Assembly: GCA_951406725.2 (NCBI GenBank)
Contig: OX597830.1
Coordinates: forward strand, 64,666,001-64,730,000
Source of the DNA: Octopus vulgaris
Lineage: Eukaryota
Direction of reading: 5' to 3'
DNA length: 64,000 nucleotides
Made by a program: the position numbers and the translations under genes. Within the stretch, counting starts at the first letter, position 1, and each line of letters begins with the position of its first letter. The notes under the pieces were generated by a model that saw nothing but the letters and a program-made list of their open reading frames with translations, ran no database searches and was not told where the DNA came from. Positions 14,490 to 30,319 of the stretch are shown here, piece after piece.

Positions 14490-15100
14490 TCCTAAACGCA
14501 TAAGGCCTGAAATTTTTTGGGGAGGGTTCTAGTCCATAAGGCTTCAAATTTTAGGGGAGGGTTCAAGTCCCATATGCTCAACTGGTACTTAATTCGTCGA
14601 CCGCAAAAGGTTGAAAGGCAAGTTCGACCTTGGCGGAATTGGAAGGAACAACATAAAGACTGATGAAATGCTGCTAAGAATTTTGTCTGACGTGCTAACC
14701 ATCTTGCCTACGCATTGCCTTAATATAAATATACTTATCGAAATTTCGCCGAGGTCGACTTTGCATTTCATTCTTTCGGAGCCGATAGAACAAGTACCAG
14801 TTGCGTACTGGTGTCAATCTAATCGACTGGCCCCCTCCCCCAAAATTTCGGGTCTTGTGCCTAAAGTAGAAAAAATTATTTTAAGGCGGTGAGCTGGCAG
14901 ATACGTTAAGCACGCCGGGCGAAATGCTGAGCGGTATTTCGTCTGTCTTTACGTTCTGAGTTCAAAATCAGCCGAAGTCGACTTTGCCTTTCATCCTTTC
15001 GGGGTCGGGAAATTAAATACCAGTTGCGGACTGGTGTCGATCTAATCGATTGGCCCCCCTCCCCCAAAATTTCGGGCCTCGTATCTAGAGTAGAAAAGAA
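14490..15100. mobile_element. Cluster of three SINE family A copies (one -, two +)
   Basis: Reverse copy ~14490-14710, truncated + copy ~14740-14880, full + copy ~14885-15100. Confidence 0.85.
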
Positions 15101-15389
15101 TATACATATATTTATAGATGTATGCTAGTACGTATGTATGTGTGTATGTATGTATGTATGTATGTATGTATGTATGTATGTATGTATGTATAAATACAAA
15201 TCTCTGTATGAGAACATGTGTACATATGTATTATATTGCATGTTTTGCGATTCATATATATTTATATATGCATACATACATATATATATACATATATATA
15301 TATATAATATTATATTACATATATAATATATATATTATATATATATATACTATATATATATATACTATACATATGATATACGATATATA

Positions 15390-15457
<68 letters not shown>

Positions 15458-15621
15458 GAGAGAAAGTGAGTGTGAGAGATGGAAAGGTAGATAGGTAAAT
15501 AGACATGCGTGTAGGAAGACACAAACAGAAGCATGTAGACAAATAGAAGAATTAAATCCCAATTCTTACTTTATATTTATCAACCACAAGAAATCTTAAA
15601 AAAAAATAGCCTACAAAACGT

Positions 15622-16082
<461 letters not shown>

Positions 16083-16111
16083 AAACAGTATGTATGTGTG
16101 TGGGTATATAC

Positions 16112-16191
<80 letters not shown>

Positions 16192-16195
16192 GTAT

Positions 16196-16227
<32 letters not shown>

Positions 16228-16829
16228 AACAATGTTATTGATAAGGGATTATCAATGCGGGCAACATTTTTCATAAGTTCTCTGATGGCACACCAGGCTA
16301 ACAGTATTGTTTAGATTAATAAATAAATCCAAGCCTTCTTATGCAATATATATATATATATATGTATGTATATAAATATATAAACATATATATGTATGTA
16401 TATAAATATATATTTAGATATATGTATGTATGATGTATGAAACACTCTGTATTATTGAATTTCAGTATTTAAAAACATCAGTTGTTACAAGAGTGCTCAA
16501 CTTCTTCAAATACTGCAGCTCTAGTTTTATTTCCAGTCTACATCATTCTATCTGTAAAGGAGAAATAATTTCAAAACGATGCCACGTTTCTTAACCTACG
16601 AAGCTTACGACGGTCCGTTCGACTGCAAGGAATGAACGCTGTCTTTAAATGTTAACATTTTTTCACCTCTTAGAACAAAAAGCATAGTTACACCAGCCAT
16701 AATGCTTCTACGACATAACTGTGACCAAGAATTAACTCGCCCATTAATCAATCTCGTTAGTACAAGGATCGCCGTTACATCATCCATATTAAACGCTTAC
16801 AATATTGCTGGAAGCGAGATAATACTGTT

Positions 16830-16897
16830 GTTACGACATCGCTCTACTTATGACATTGCTCGTTACGACATTGCTCGTTACGACATTGCTCTCTTAC
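16830..16897. repeat. 15-bp minisatellite (ttacgacattgctcg) x3-4
   Basis: Direct inspection. Confidence 0.8.
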
Positions 16898-17344
16898 AAA
16901 ATTAGTGAAGTTAATGTTAGTGAAAGCATCATATACAGTTACAAGTGGGTGGAGGGAGAGGGAGAGCTAGAGCGAGAGAGAGAGTAGGCAGAGTAGAGGA
17001 GATTAAAGAGGTTATTATTACATTACTGTTGACATTGATGGCAGCGTTTACGCCTTACGGCTGGTAAATACGTTAGTAGTGTTAGTCAGCCGAGCTTTAA
17101 CGATAATTATGGCGGAAGGCAGAGAGTATGTCGTCATTTTGTCAATTGGCTTGCGTAAACAACATGGCGGATAGATTAGATTAACAAGAATCTATAGAGA
17201 ATATTTGTGTCACAGAAAAGGCATACATACAAACACACGCGCATAACCACACACATAACCACACAAACAACCATACGAACACACATGAGAGATGGATAAT
17301 ATATTTATATACACACAGATATATACATATATATATACACATAA

Positions 17345-17403
<59 letters not shown>

Positions 17404-17617
17404 CTTATATATATAAGTATATATATATACATACGTATATATAATATATATACATATATATATGTATGCGTATCCATAATATATAATATGCAATATAAAA
17501 TATATTATACATATATGTATATGCGTGTGAGGAGTTAATGTATATATTCATATGTTTATGTTTGTAGATTTGCATGTTCATATATAATATAAATCATATA
17601 TATGCACATATATATGT

Positions 17618-17670
<53 letters not shown>

Positions 17671-17772
17671 TATATATATATATGTTTGTATAGATATATG
17701 TATAAAAATATATAAATGTGTGTGTATGTCTGTGCGTACCAATAAGTATATATTTATACATAGAATACTTGC

Positions 17773-17806
<34 letters not shown>

Positions 17807-18254
17807 ATACACATGCATATATGTTTATAAAGTACATATATACTTGCATACACAAACGCACACGCGCTCGCATGTAAGGAAGACCCTGGCGTATAGGCTG
17901 CATCCAACCTTACACACATTAATGAGCACTGAACCGCCAAAAGCTAGTAGTTGCTATAGCAACTCAGTCAACCATGTTACACTATAAACATGGATCCATA
18001 ATGATGTCAGATTTCCAATTTAAACGTGAAGCCTGAAGAAACATTTAAATATGAACTCCCCCTCCTCTCTCTGTATTTCGTCCTGTCTTTTCCTTTCTTT
18101 CTTTCTTTCTTCCATTCTTTCTTTCATTCTTTCTTTCTTTCTTTCTTTCTCACTCTCTCTGTCACAGTTAATCACAGAATATTTACATTTTCTCATTTCT
18201 GTTTCTTTACCTCCCTCACTCGCTTTCTCTCTCTCTCTACCTCTCCCCATCTCT

Positions 18255-18945
18255 ACACATATAATACATACATACACACATACATACATACATACATACA
18301 TACATACATACATACATACATACATACATACATACATACATACACACATACATACATACATACATACATACATACACACACGTATACAGACATACATACA
18401 TACATACGTACATACATACATACATACGTACATACATACATACATGCATACATACATACATACATACATACATAAATACAGACATACATACGTACATACA
18501 TACATACATACATACATACATACATACATACATACATACATACATACATACATACATACATACATACGTACGTACATACATACATACATACATACATACG
18601 TACATACATACATACGTACGTACGTACATACATACATACATACATTCATACGTACGTACATACATACATACATACATACGTACATACATACGTACGTACA
18701 TACATACATACGTACGTACATACATACATACGTACATACATACATACATACATACGTACATACATACATACATACATACATACATACATACATACATACA
18801 TACATACATACATACATACATACATACGTACATACATACATACATACATACATACATACGTACATACATACATACATACATACATACATACGTACGTACA
18901 TACATACATACGTACATATATACATACGTACATACATACATGCAG
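18255..18945. repeat. ~700-bp (CATA)n/(CGTA) microsatellite
   Basis: Direct inspection; explains the 240-306 aa YVCM/IHTY ORFs. Confidence 0.97.
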
Positions 18946-19162
18946 ACAGACAAGCTTATACGCATGCATAAACGTGCGTGTGTTTCAGTGTATGCTTATA
19001 TATGAAAGCATTTATGTATGTGCACGAACATACATAGACAGATATATAAATATATATATCTATATTTATATGAATGTATATGTAAATATATATGTATATA
19101 CATATGTATCCATACATATTTGATACACACACATATATATTACATATATGCTTTATATACAT

Positions 19163-19246
<84 letters not shown>

Positions 19247-19374
19247 ATATATATGTATAATTCTAAATTCTTAAAGTATGTTGCACATTACATTCTCGAC
19301 ATTGTTGCGGATAGCTCCCCACGGACGTCTACCAGTAGAAAGATATCTACGAAATATCGGATTATAAACATAAA

Positions 19375-19655
<281 letters not shown>

Positions 19656-19661
19656 GTATAA

Positions 19662-19870
19662 TGCGGGGATCTGGCAGAATCGTTAGCACGCCGGACGAAA
19701 TGCTTAATGTTATTTCGCCCGTCGCTACATTCTGAGTTCAGATTCCGCCGAGGTCTACTTTACCTTCCATCCTGCGGAGATCGATGAAATAACTACCAGT
19801 TAAATACTGGGGTCGCTGTAATCGATTTTTCCTGTCCCCACAATATGGCTGGAATTGTACGAAAATTTGA
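19662..19870 (+). mobile_element. SINE family A copy (further copies at ~20881-21100 +, ~24773-24970 +, ~26205-26555 -, ~28120-28810 - x3, ~61970-62180 -)
   Basis: ctggcagaatcgttagcacgccgg head and ttctgagttcagattccgccgagg box. Confidence 0.85.
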
Positions 19871-19892
19871 AATCAAATTTGTTATCTACAAA

Positions 19893-19933
<41 letters not shown>

Positions 19934-22057
19934 TTACTACTACTACTGATGCTGCTGCTGCTGCTTCTACTACTGATGCGTTATGGTGTTGGATTCGTAT
20001 AAGAATGAGGATCGAACAAAATGCACTTGAGGGATGTAATTTAGCCTTCTTACTCACTGCGTTTAAAATCCCCCGTTGAGGTCAATTTTGCTTTTCTAGT
20101 GCTAGGGTCGCTCTAATCGACCCTATGGTGCTTCTCCAAAAATAATGAGGTGTGTGTGTGTGTGTGTGTGTGTGTGTTTACTTATTGACATTATTCACTT
20201 GTTGTCCTTGTTTTTCAGCAATAACATCAACTGTGAACGAGCAGACTTTTGATCAAATGCATTCTAGCTGTGAACCCCACGACTTTTTCCAATGTACTAA
20301 GAACCAACGTCCACATTACTTAACGACTCCTTTTTAAGACTGTATGCCGTGATTTTTAAGAGGGATACTTAGCTGCCGTTTCCACCATGTAGTGGAAACG
20401 TGGTTTAGTGATTAAGGTGTCGGACTTTAGATCGTAAGATTGTGGTTTCGATTCTTGAACCAGACGGTGCTTTGTATTCTTGAAAACACCACTTCATTTC
20501 ACGTTATTCCAGTCCAAGCAACGAACAAAGATGAAAAATTCTGCGACGGACCGATGTCTAGTCCAGTGGAGAAAATACACATCACAAAAACCTGGAAACC
20601 GGCCACATGAGACTATATGACCCAGGAAGGTGTTTTAGCCATTTGCTTGTTATCACCCATGTCAATCGACAATGTAGAACCACCACCGAGCCGAACATCC
20701 ATCGCATTGGTTTGTACTATAAAGGAGATAGCAACGTAATGGAAATAGTTATATTACAGAGGAATATAATTGGATAATTATGCGCATTCATCAACATAAA
20801 CGTAGAGGATCTATGTCCCCAAAGGCTAGGTCAAAAGGACCAGGGACTGGTATTTTGTAGCATTATTAGATCTTTTGTTACGGTGTCGAGCTGGCAGAAG
20901 CTTTAGCACGCCGGGCAAAATGCTTTGTTTCTCGACATTTCGTCCGTTTTTACGTTCTGAGTTCAAATTCCGCTGAGTTTGACATAACCTTTTATCGTTT
21001 GGCGGTTGATAAAATAAGTTCTAGCTGAGCACTGAATCGATGTAATAGGCTTATCCCGCCCCCAAAACTGCTGGCCTTGTGCTGAAATTTGAAATCGTTC
21101 TAAGATTCTTTGTTTTACTTCTAATGTTCACATGTAATTGTTGTCAAATTTCCAGTTTCATACACCCAGATTCGATAAAATTAGTACCAGAATTAGTACA
21201 AAAATATTTGGTTTCTATTGTTGCTCTGGCTTGGCCTCAGGACTTCATGTGCTTCTGAGAGGGATCTTCCGGTGATGTATCTTGTGTAAGCATCGTCTAT
21301 GATGGCCTAAAATTCACCAATGCCTTGCGAATGGTCTTTGAAAACCAGAAGCTCCGAAAAAGTCCGCACAGACTGAGAGACACACACATGCACACACACA
21401 CTAAAACAATGCACACACACACGTACGCACACTCAGACACACAGACAGACAGGCACATACATACATACATACATACATACATACATACATACATACATAC
21501 ATACATACATACATACATACATACATACATACATACATACATACATACATGCAGATGTACATACACATATACATAAGCCGAATTAATGTTTAAGCACTAT
21601 AAAAATAGACACACCAAACTGAAAACCTACAGCATTTAACACATCGTTCAAATCCAATTTATTTTCCTCCCATTTATAACAGGATTGAGTTAATGTTATT
21701 TCAAAATTTCATTTTTATAGTGCAGTGATGTTTCCACACTATTTACAAATATGATCCACGATATATGAATTACGTAATTTAAATGAGATGAATAATCCAT
21801 TTCATCAGGATCTTTAATTTAAAGATATATCTTCATATATGTCTTATATATGTATTGTCAGCTATAAATTTCATAACATACAACCAGTATTTATCCTTAT
21901 GCATCGAAAATGGGAACCGTAAAGCGAACTCAGATATCACAGCCAATTTTTTTCAGTTTTTTTTTTACTATTTTCCACAGGTAGAATAATGATAGAGTAC
22001 ATATCGAGAGGAAATAGGTAATAAGTAATAAATCAAATGATAAAATATGTAATATAT

Positions 22058-22343
22058 TGTTGTGTCTGGGGAGAGTTATTCTCTTTTGGTGCCTTAAAAT
22101 TTAACGTACTCACCGGTAAAATTTCCACTTATTTATTTTTTATTTTTCTAAAATTTTCGTTGCGTCTTGTAACCTTTTCAATAGTTTTGACTCTGTCCGT
22201 TAACAGAGTCAAAACTATTGAAAAGGTTGCAAGACGTAACGAAAATTTTAGGGAAATAAAAATAAGAAATAAGTGGAAATTTTACCGGTGAGTATGTTAA
22301 ATTATAAGGTACTAACAGAGAATGATTCTCCTCAGATGCAACA
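22058..22343 (+). repeat. 286-bp long inverted repeat (foldback), 6-nt loop
   Basis: Perfect 26-bp inner stem 22171-22196 / 22203-22228, loop ccgtta; arms stay alignable out to 22058/22343. Confidence 0.92.
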
Positions 22344-22991
22344 GAATATGCTTGAACACATGAACTCACATAAGGAATCTTGCAAACCAAATTCAAAAAC
22401 GAAGTAATATATTACTTTATGACATAATCTTACACGTGTTTCAGAAAAGATTATGGCCGTATCATGCTATTCGGGTCCGGTAAGCTTCCTAATTCTTCAT
22501 TTTACCAGAGATTCGTATAAAAGAGGAAGATATGGTCATTGAAAGAAAAAAAAGTTACATATATATATTCATTTAAAAAAAAATTCTTTTATTTTACTTG
22601 CTTCGGTCATTTGAATGTGGTCAGGCTGGAGCACCACCTTTAGTCGAACAAATAGACTGCAGAACTTACTATTTGTAAGCCTAGTACTTATTCTATCGGT
22701 CTATTTTGCTGAACCGCTAAGTGACGAGGATGCAAATACACCAGCATCGGTTGTCAAGCGACGGTGGTGGAGACAAACACAGACACAAAAAACAAACATA
22801 CATACATATACATATACGACGGGCTTCTTTCAGTTTCCGTCTACCGAATCCACTCACAAGGCTTTGGAAGGCCCGAGGCTAAAGTAGAAGACATTTGCCC
22901 AATGTGCCAAACAGTGGAACTGAACTATGAACCATGTGTGTGTGTGTGTGTATACACACACACACATAATTTCTATCTACCCATCTCTCAC

Positions 22992-23030
<39 letters not shown>

Positions 23031-23470
23031 ACATACTTCTCTACCGATAGCTGAATCCATCTACATGCCTCTTTGTCTGTCTGTCAGTCTGTCGGTCTGT
23101 CTGACGGTTCTCTATGCCTGTTTATATCTAATTCTTATTCATGGGTGTAAGGCCGTTACTTAAATGGAGCTCCCATTGTCTTCAACTATTGTCATTTAAT
23201 AAGCATTTTTTAATATTTTGGTTTCATTATTTCAACTATTATTAATGGTATTTAAATGAAAGTTGACATTTTGCCTGTGGCATTTTCCTTTTTATACAAG
23301 TTAAAACTAAATTTTTTGCAGTGCCTTTTTCTTGTAATTTGCTTTCCGTTTAAAAGCTATGTATGCATGTTTGTGGGTGTATATGTGTGTGTCTGCACAC
23401 GTGTGTGTATGTGTGTCTGTGTGTCTGTGTGTGGATATATGATAAATGTACGCACGTATGCATATATTTA

Positions 23471-23506
<36 letters not shown>

Positions 23507-23508
23507 TG

Positions 23509-23545
<37 letters not shown>

Positions 23546-23656
23546 CCAAAATATATGTCTATATATATAGACATTATTTTATATGTATATATACCATATA
23601 TGCATATATGTGTGTATACATACATATATATATACATATGTATATTTAAGCATATA

Positions 23657-23732
<76 letters not shown>

Positions 23733-23768
23733 CACGCACACAAAATATATATAAGTGTGTGTGCATAG

Positions 23769-23802
<34 letters not shown>

Positions 23803-24217
23803 AGAGAAATTCTCATAAACCTTGACACCAATGAGTGATAAACTAATAAAAGAACACGTTTTTCCCAAATAACATGACATTAAATAATTTGATTCTTTAG
23901 TAAGTTTTTATTTAATATTCCATTCATAGATATTTTATTACGGGAATGGGAAGAGAGAGTATCAATAACATTATCCTTTGACAATTCTGCCATACTTGAA
24001 AGATGGATGAAGCAGGGTTGCGTTTCAATATCTACACAGTCTTTTGATGTGTGTAAAGGAACAACCTTCGCTTAAAGTAATCTCCTCCAAATGCAAATAG
24101 AAATTTCTAAAGCTCGAAGATTTTGTGTTACCAATATTATCATTAAAGTCAGTCACGGCAGCTGTCTTCGCTGAAATAGGTTTTCTTTTTCTACATGGAG
24201 AAAAGGTGAAGACTATG

Positions 24218-24310
<93 letters not shown>

Positions 24311-25006
24311 ATCTATCTATTTGTGTGTCTGTCTGTCTATGTGTCTGTCTGTGTGTCTGTCTATCTGTCTATCTGTGTGTCTGTCTGTGTGTCTTTGTGT
24401 GTGTCTGTGTGTCTGTGTATCTGTGTATCTGTCTGTGTCTGTCTGTCTGTCTGTCTGTGTCTGTCTGTCTGTCTCTCTCTCTGTATATATGTATATATGT
24501 ATGTATATATATACGACGAGCTTCCTTCAGTTTCCATCTACCAAATGCAGTCACAAGGCTATAGTAGAAGACACTTGCTCTAGGTGCCACGCAGTGGGAC
24601 TGAACCCAGAACCATGTGGCTGGTAAGCAAGCTACTTACCAGCAGCCACTCCTGCCCTATATATTCTTTACCTTCTGTGCTTCCATATGTATTCCTTTTA
24701 TATGTTGAAGGCCACGGTATTATTTGTATATGAGGAAATGTCTAGAAGCGTTGGGTTATATAAATATGCTGGAGGCGGCGAGCTGGCAGAAACATTAGCC
24801 CGCCGGGCGAAATGCTTAGCGGTATTTCGTCTGTCTTTCAAATTCCGCCGAGTATGACTTTCATCCTTTCGGAGTCGATGAAATAAGTACTAGTTGCGTA
24901 CTGTGGTTGATCTAATCGACTGGCCCCTTCCCCACCAAAATTTCGGGCCTTGTACCTAGACTACAAAAGTCGTTGGCCCGAATTCTGATTTTTGCTCTCT
25001 AATCAA

Positions 25007-25048
<42 letters not shown>

Positions 25049-25153
25049 TGATAAAAATGGTAAGACAACAAAAGAGTGAAAGAGACCTCGATATTATGTA
25101 AATAGAGGAATTTATCTGTTAATGTAATATGTGACAATTATTCGGTAGCCATG

Positions 25154-25220
<67 letters not shown>

Positions 25221-25223
<3 letters not shown>

Positions 25224-25383
25224 TTTTTTTTTCTTTTTTTCTTTTTTTTTGTTCTTTTTTCCCTTTTACGATCCCTTTTGATCGAAAACCTACGCCACCT
25301 TTTTTTTTTCTCCCCCAAAAGAAAAGCTCTACCTTGTAACTTGTCCCATCTGTGTGCAGCCCTGTGTGGCCAATAAAGAAACT
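25221..25383 (+). mobile_element. Tx1-like LINE 3' end (short copy) in (TATC)n
   Basis: Same poly-T 3'UTR and ...tgtgtggccaataaagaaac terminus as the 39140 and 43286 copies. Confidence 0.75.
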
Positions 25384-25534
25384 TATCTATATATATATAT
25401 ATATATATGGTTTTTCTATCCACCAAATTTAGTCAGGAAACTTTGATCGGCCCAAGGCTTTCGAAGATACTTCGCCAGAATGCCACTCTGGGACTGAACC
25501 CAGAAACACGTAGTTGAGAATCAAAATTCTTACC

Positions 25535-25569
<35 letters not shown>

Positions 25570-27100
25570 ATATAACCGTCCTCAGTCCCTCTGTTTTTAC
25601 GTTTATATCTTTTTTTTTATTTTAAGAATTAGAAATCTGTGTATTGGCTTTATATACCAAACTGGTTGCTTACTAACTTGACACCTTTATTCTTATTAGT
25701 TAATAGCAGCATTGTGTAAGCCAATCAATGTTTATTGTTAATTAGATTGTTTCGTACAAAAATCACATTTGAAATTCCTTAATCAGACATCAAACTTCTT
25801 GATTCCATGAGAAAAACATCAATTGTTCCAACATAGTCGTGTCTTAAACAGATTAATGGCGTGCAGCCTGCAAACTATTTTTCTGCTGAAAAAAATTCTG
25901 TTACCTGGCTTCTGTTTTTTTTTCCTGTGTGTGTGAGTATTTTTTTCTTATATTTTTTCCTGTTTGCATTTTTGCCTATACATTCTTTCGAGAAATTCTA
26001 TTTTCTTCAAATAATTTCTACTTCTTCCCTTCTAATTCTGTTATTAATTCTTTTTTATTCTCATCATGTGACATTCTTTATGACATTTTCAGAACATTTT
26101 ATTCTTATTATTTAGTTATTTATTTACAGAAATCTTATGTTCTTAAGCGATCTTAACCTTGCTAAGGCACTGAAACATTGGAGTCAATTCACTATAAATT
26201 ACTTCTAGATTTGGCACAAGGCCGGCAATTTTGAGGCGTGGAGGAAGGAAACGTGTAATACACCGACCCCTACTTTATTAATCCTTGTTTTCTCGACACC
26301 CCCGCAAAAAATGAAAGCCACTGTTTAACTCGGCAGAATTTGAGCTCAGAACGTAAAATGCCGGAACAAATGTCGCGAAGCATTTTGTCCGGTACATGGA
26401 CCTCTGTGTCCAACTGGTAGCTATTCTATCGACCCCGAAAGGATAAAAGACCAAGTTGTCTTCAGTAGAGTTTGAACTCAGAACGTAAAGAAAAATGAAA
26501 TGTCGCTAAGTATTTTGCCCAGGTTGCTAACGGTTCTGCCAACTCGCCGCCTTCAAATGGATTCTCTAGGAAATGGTTTCAAATTTTGGTACAGGAAAAT
26601 TAGTTTTTGAGGGGAGCGAGAAAGCCGCTGGGTATTGAACTCATGACCTTACGATCGTGCGCCGAACACCCTAACCACTGAGCCACGCGCCTTCACACAC
26701 CGATGAGAATGGAGCGTGATGAAATACATACATACATACGAAGAATATAATAGCTTTTAAGGGGCGTCTAATTTTACCTTCACGGTGTTACTCGATTTGC
26801 CAAGAAATAGCAGTCAAATTAGGCAAGAAGCACGCCTTAATAGCTTTAAAAAGAGAAGGATATATAGGATAATATAGGCAAAGCAGCGTCTAAACGTACG
26901 GGGATCCCTCGACCCGTTAAGAAAAGCGGTCAAATGTAACAAAAATCATTCCCTGATATCTTTAAAAAATGTCGGATGCATAATGTAGAGAGAGAGAGAG
27001 AGAGGGGGAGGAGAGTATAGTGTGGTACTAAGGAGATAGTGTAAGGGCAATCATGGTGTTAAACAACAACAACAGCAACAACAAAACAACAGCAGCAGCA

Positions 27101-27646
27101 GTGGAGGTGCAATGGCCCAGTGGTTAAGGCAGTGGACTCGCGGTCGTAAGAATCCGGTTTCGATTCCCAGACCGGGCATTGTGAGTGTTTATTAAGCAAA
27201 AATACCTAAGCTCCACGAGGCTCCGGTCGAAGGGGTGTTGAACCCCGTTGTACTCTTTAACCACAACTTTCTCTCGCTCTTTCTCCCTACTTCTGTCACA
27301 AATCAGAGGAACCAAGGTGTAACCCACTATGGTGTGGTAAACTTTCAGACCCTAGTCTAGATTGCGAATCCTCTGTACCCCAGGATGGTTCAGCTCTCCA
27401 CCCGTTAAACGCCACCGTTTACGGAATGGGGGTAACAACGTAGCTTTCGCGCCCGTGCAACCGCCGGTCTGTCACGTGTGGTGGTTGAATCTTCAAGTTT
27501 CCACACGCATTCTTAGTAGCTTACAGTAGGCTCGAATTAGAGATTATTCTTTGTGGCTAATGGCGTGAGTCCTCATTGGAGGAAGAAGAAGAAGAAGAAG
27601 AAGAAGAAGAAGAAGAAGAAGAAGAAGAAGAAGAAGAAGAAGAAGA
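27101..27646 (+). mobile_element. SINE family C (tRNA-Arg-like head) with (GAA)n tail
   Basis: A box tggcccagtgg, B box gtttcgattcc; ~480-bp body shared with the reverse copy at 46095-46587; flanked by acagcagcagca on both sides (TSD-like). Confidence 0.85.
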
Positions 27647-27828
27647 CAGCAGCAGCAGCAGTTACAGTAACATCACCACCAGTATTCCTACAACCTCCAT
27701 CGTCACCCCTACCACCTTCAACATATCATTACCAGCAACAATTTTATGTATAATGTCTCAAGCAGTTTTATGGTGTATAGCGAATATTCTACGTAAGATG
27801 AATTTCAATTCATGAATATATGACTCAC

Positions 27829-28021
27829 ATGAAATATTCTCCGCTGTAAGTTTTTCAGTAACGTAAAGACTTTCAAAAGAAACTACAGCCAGGTAAGAAA
27901 CCAACGCAACAAAGAACAAGAAAAGAACTTCTCCCACGCCATAACAAATTGGATGTAATAGCGCACCTACTTCTTCCTTCGAAAGTCAATACTGCACACA
28001 CCCAGGCACAAGGTGTTGCAC
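27829..28021 (-). CDS. Candidate internal exon with a hydrophobic, TM-like segment
   Basis: Unique sequence ending in a strong donor (cat|gtgagt); one frame reads EEVGALLHPICYGVGEVLFLFFVALVSYLAVVSFESLYVTEKLTAENIS; acceptor and phase uncertain. Confidence 0.2.
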
Positions 28022-28593
28022 CTTGTGGCGCAGTAAAACAATACAGTGAAAATGTTTAATAATAATATTATTAATAAAAATAATAATAACAGTAGTAGTA
28101 GTAGTTGTAGTAATAATGATTTTAAATTTTTGCCACAAGGGCAGCATGGGGGAGAGGATTAAGTCGATTACATCGACCTTAGTGTTTCACTGGTAATTTG
28201 TTTATCGACCGACGAAAGGATGAAACGCGAAGTCGATCTCGGCGGAAGTCGAACTCAACGTAGCGACTAGCGAAATATCGCTAATCATTTCGTCCAGCGT
28301 GCTAACGATTTAGCCACATCACCGCCGTAATAATAATGACAATGATAATAATCGTTTCTATTATAAGCACAGGGCCTGAAATTTGGGTGTGAGGTTCTAG
28401 TAGGTTACATCGAGCCCAGTACTCGACTGGTACTTATTTCATTGATCCCGAAAGGATGAAAGACAAAGTCGACCTCCGTGGAATTTCAACTCAAAATGCT
28501 TTTTGTTCAGCGTGCTAAAGGCTCTCCTAGCTTGCCGCCGTCATAATACTACAAATAATAATGATAGTAGTAGTAGTAGTGGTAGTAGTAGTT

Positions 28594-28633
<40 letters not shown>

Positions 28634-29313
28634 CCAAGAAATTTAGGGGAGATTCGAAGTCAATTACATCAACCCCATAACTTCAATGGTAGTTTAGTGT
28701 CTCGCCCCAGCTTGAAAAGACAGCTTGATTTCGGCGGAATTCGGTATCAACGTAAAGCGCCGGAAGAAATACCGCACGGTATTTTGTCCGACGCCCTAAC
28801 AATTGTTCCAGCCTGTCTGTTACTGTTGTTGTTGTTGAGTCTCTGGTTGCTTCTAATTCAGAGTAAACATAATCAAGGACGACTCTACATTGTGACAATC
28901 CTCTTTTCATTTCGGACATTTTTATTGTTAGGAGGTGTGTGGACTTGATGATAAGGTGGTGAAGATCTAGTGGTAGTGGATGAGAGCAGTCCTGGTGTTA
29001 CACAGAGAGGTTGAAACTGGTAGGAGGCCGGAGGCATGGTAGCAGAGGTGGGGTTGATTAGGGCCGAAGAGCGGACGAGAGTCTTCTGAGAGTGAGAAGG
29101 CGGTGGAGTGATGTCAGTGGTAAATTGGAGGAGGTATTCCAGTGATAAAGTTGTTCTTGGTGATAGGGAAAAGGCGTCATTTACGCTTTGACGAAAGATA
29201 AATGTTACAGAAGGTGCAGTTCTTTACGTGATTACATAAGATGTGCTGTTTACTTGTAGGCGTTTTTGTTGCTGCTATAGATACAGTTCTAGGCATTGTT
29301 GTTGTAGATGTTG

Positions 29314-29392
<79 letters not shown>

Positions 29393-29535
29393 AGGTATTG
29401 GGCTTCGGTGCGTTCCTTTTGGTTGTGAGGAATGTTTCTGTGAAATGAGGGAAGGATTTCACTGCTGATGGGACAGAAAATCGTGGGAAGTATCTTCTAC
29501 TAATAGAAACACATATAAATACAGAGAGAAAGAGA

Positions 29536-29627
<92 letters not shown>

Positions 29628-30319
29628 AGAGAGAGAGAGAGAGAGAGTGGGAAAGTGAGATGTGATTTCAGAGGGGAAGAATGTTGTTCATTTTCTTTCA
29701 TGATGTTATTGACGATGGTGATGGTAATAAGACAATAATAATGGTAATGATAATTATGATGAGGATAATCAGGATGATGACAATGATGATGATCAAGGCG
29801 ATGGTAACAATGATGATGATGTTGATAATAATGATGAGGATAAAAACGATGACGAGAATGATGATCGCGGTCTTAATTATGTAATGGTGACTGGATGACA
29901 GTTGCGTCGGCAATGACGATGACAAACAAGATGATTGCGAAGGTATTGATGATTAAGATGATAAGGATTAGGGCAGCGCCGTCGATGAAGGAAATGAGAC
30001 GAGAAAAAGAAGAACTAGATGGTGATGATGATGATGATGACGAGGATGAGGATGAGGATGATGATGGTGGTGGTGGTGGTGGGAACAGTGGGGATGATGA
30101 TGATAAAGAAGAGGAGAATAGAGGTGGATATGACGATGATGATGATGATGACAGAGACAATGATGATGATGATGATGATTATGACGAACGATAATCACCA
30201 TCAAAACCACTTCGAGCAGCAGCAACCCACTAAAACCACCACCACCACCACTCCATCACCATCACCATCATCACCCCGCCGCCACCGACATCACAATCTC
30301 TGCAGCCACTGCCATCGCA

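Noticed and set aside
18020-18971. Long 240-306 aa ORFs (YVCM/IHTY repeats)
   Set aside because: Translations of a (CATA)n microsatellite, open on both strands; the same applies to the many [12 protein letters not shown] and poly-I/L ORFs.
27101-27180. tRNA-Arg gene (also tRNA-like heads at ~46510-46587 and ~63095-63170)
   Set aside because: The A/B boxes run on into SINE bodies; no proper acceptor stem or oligo-T terminator.
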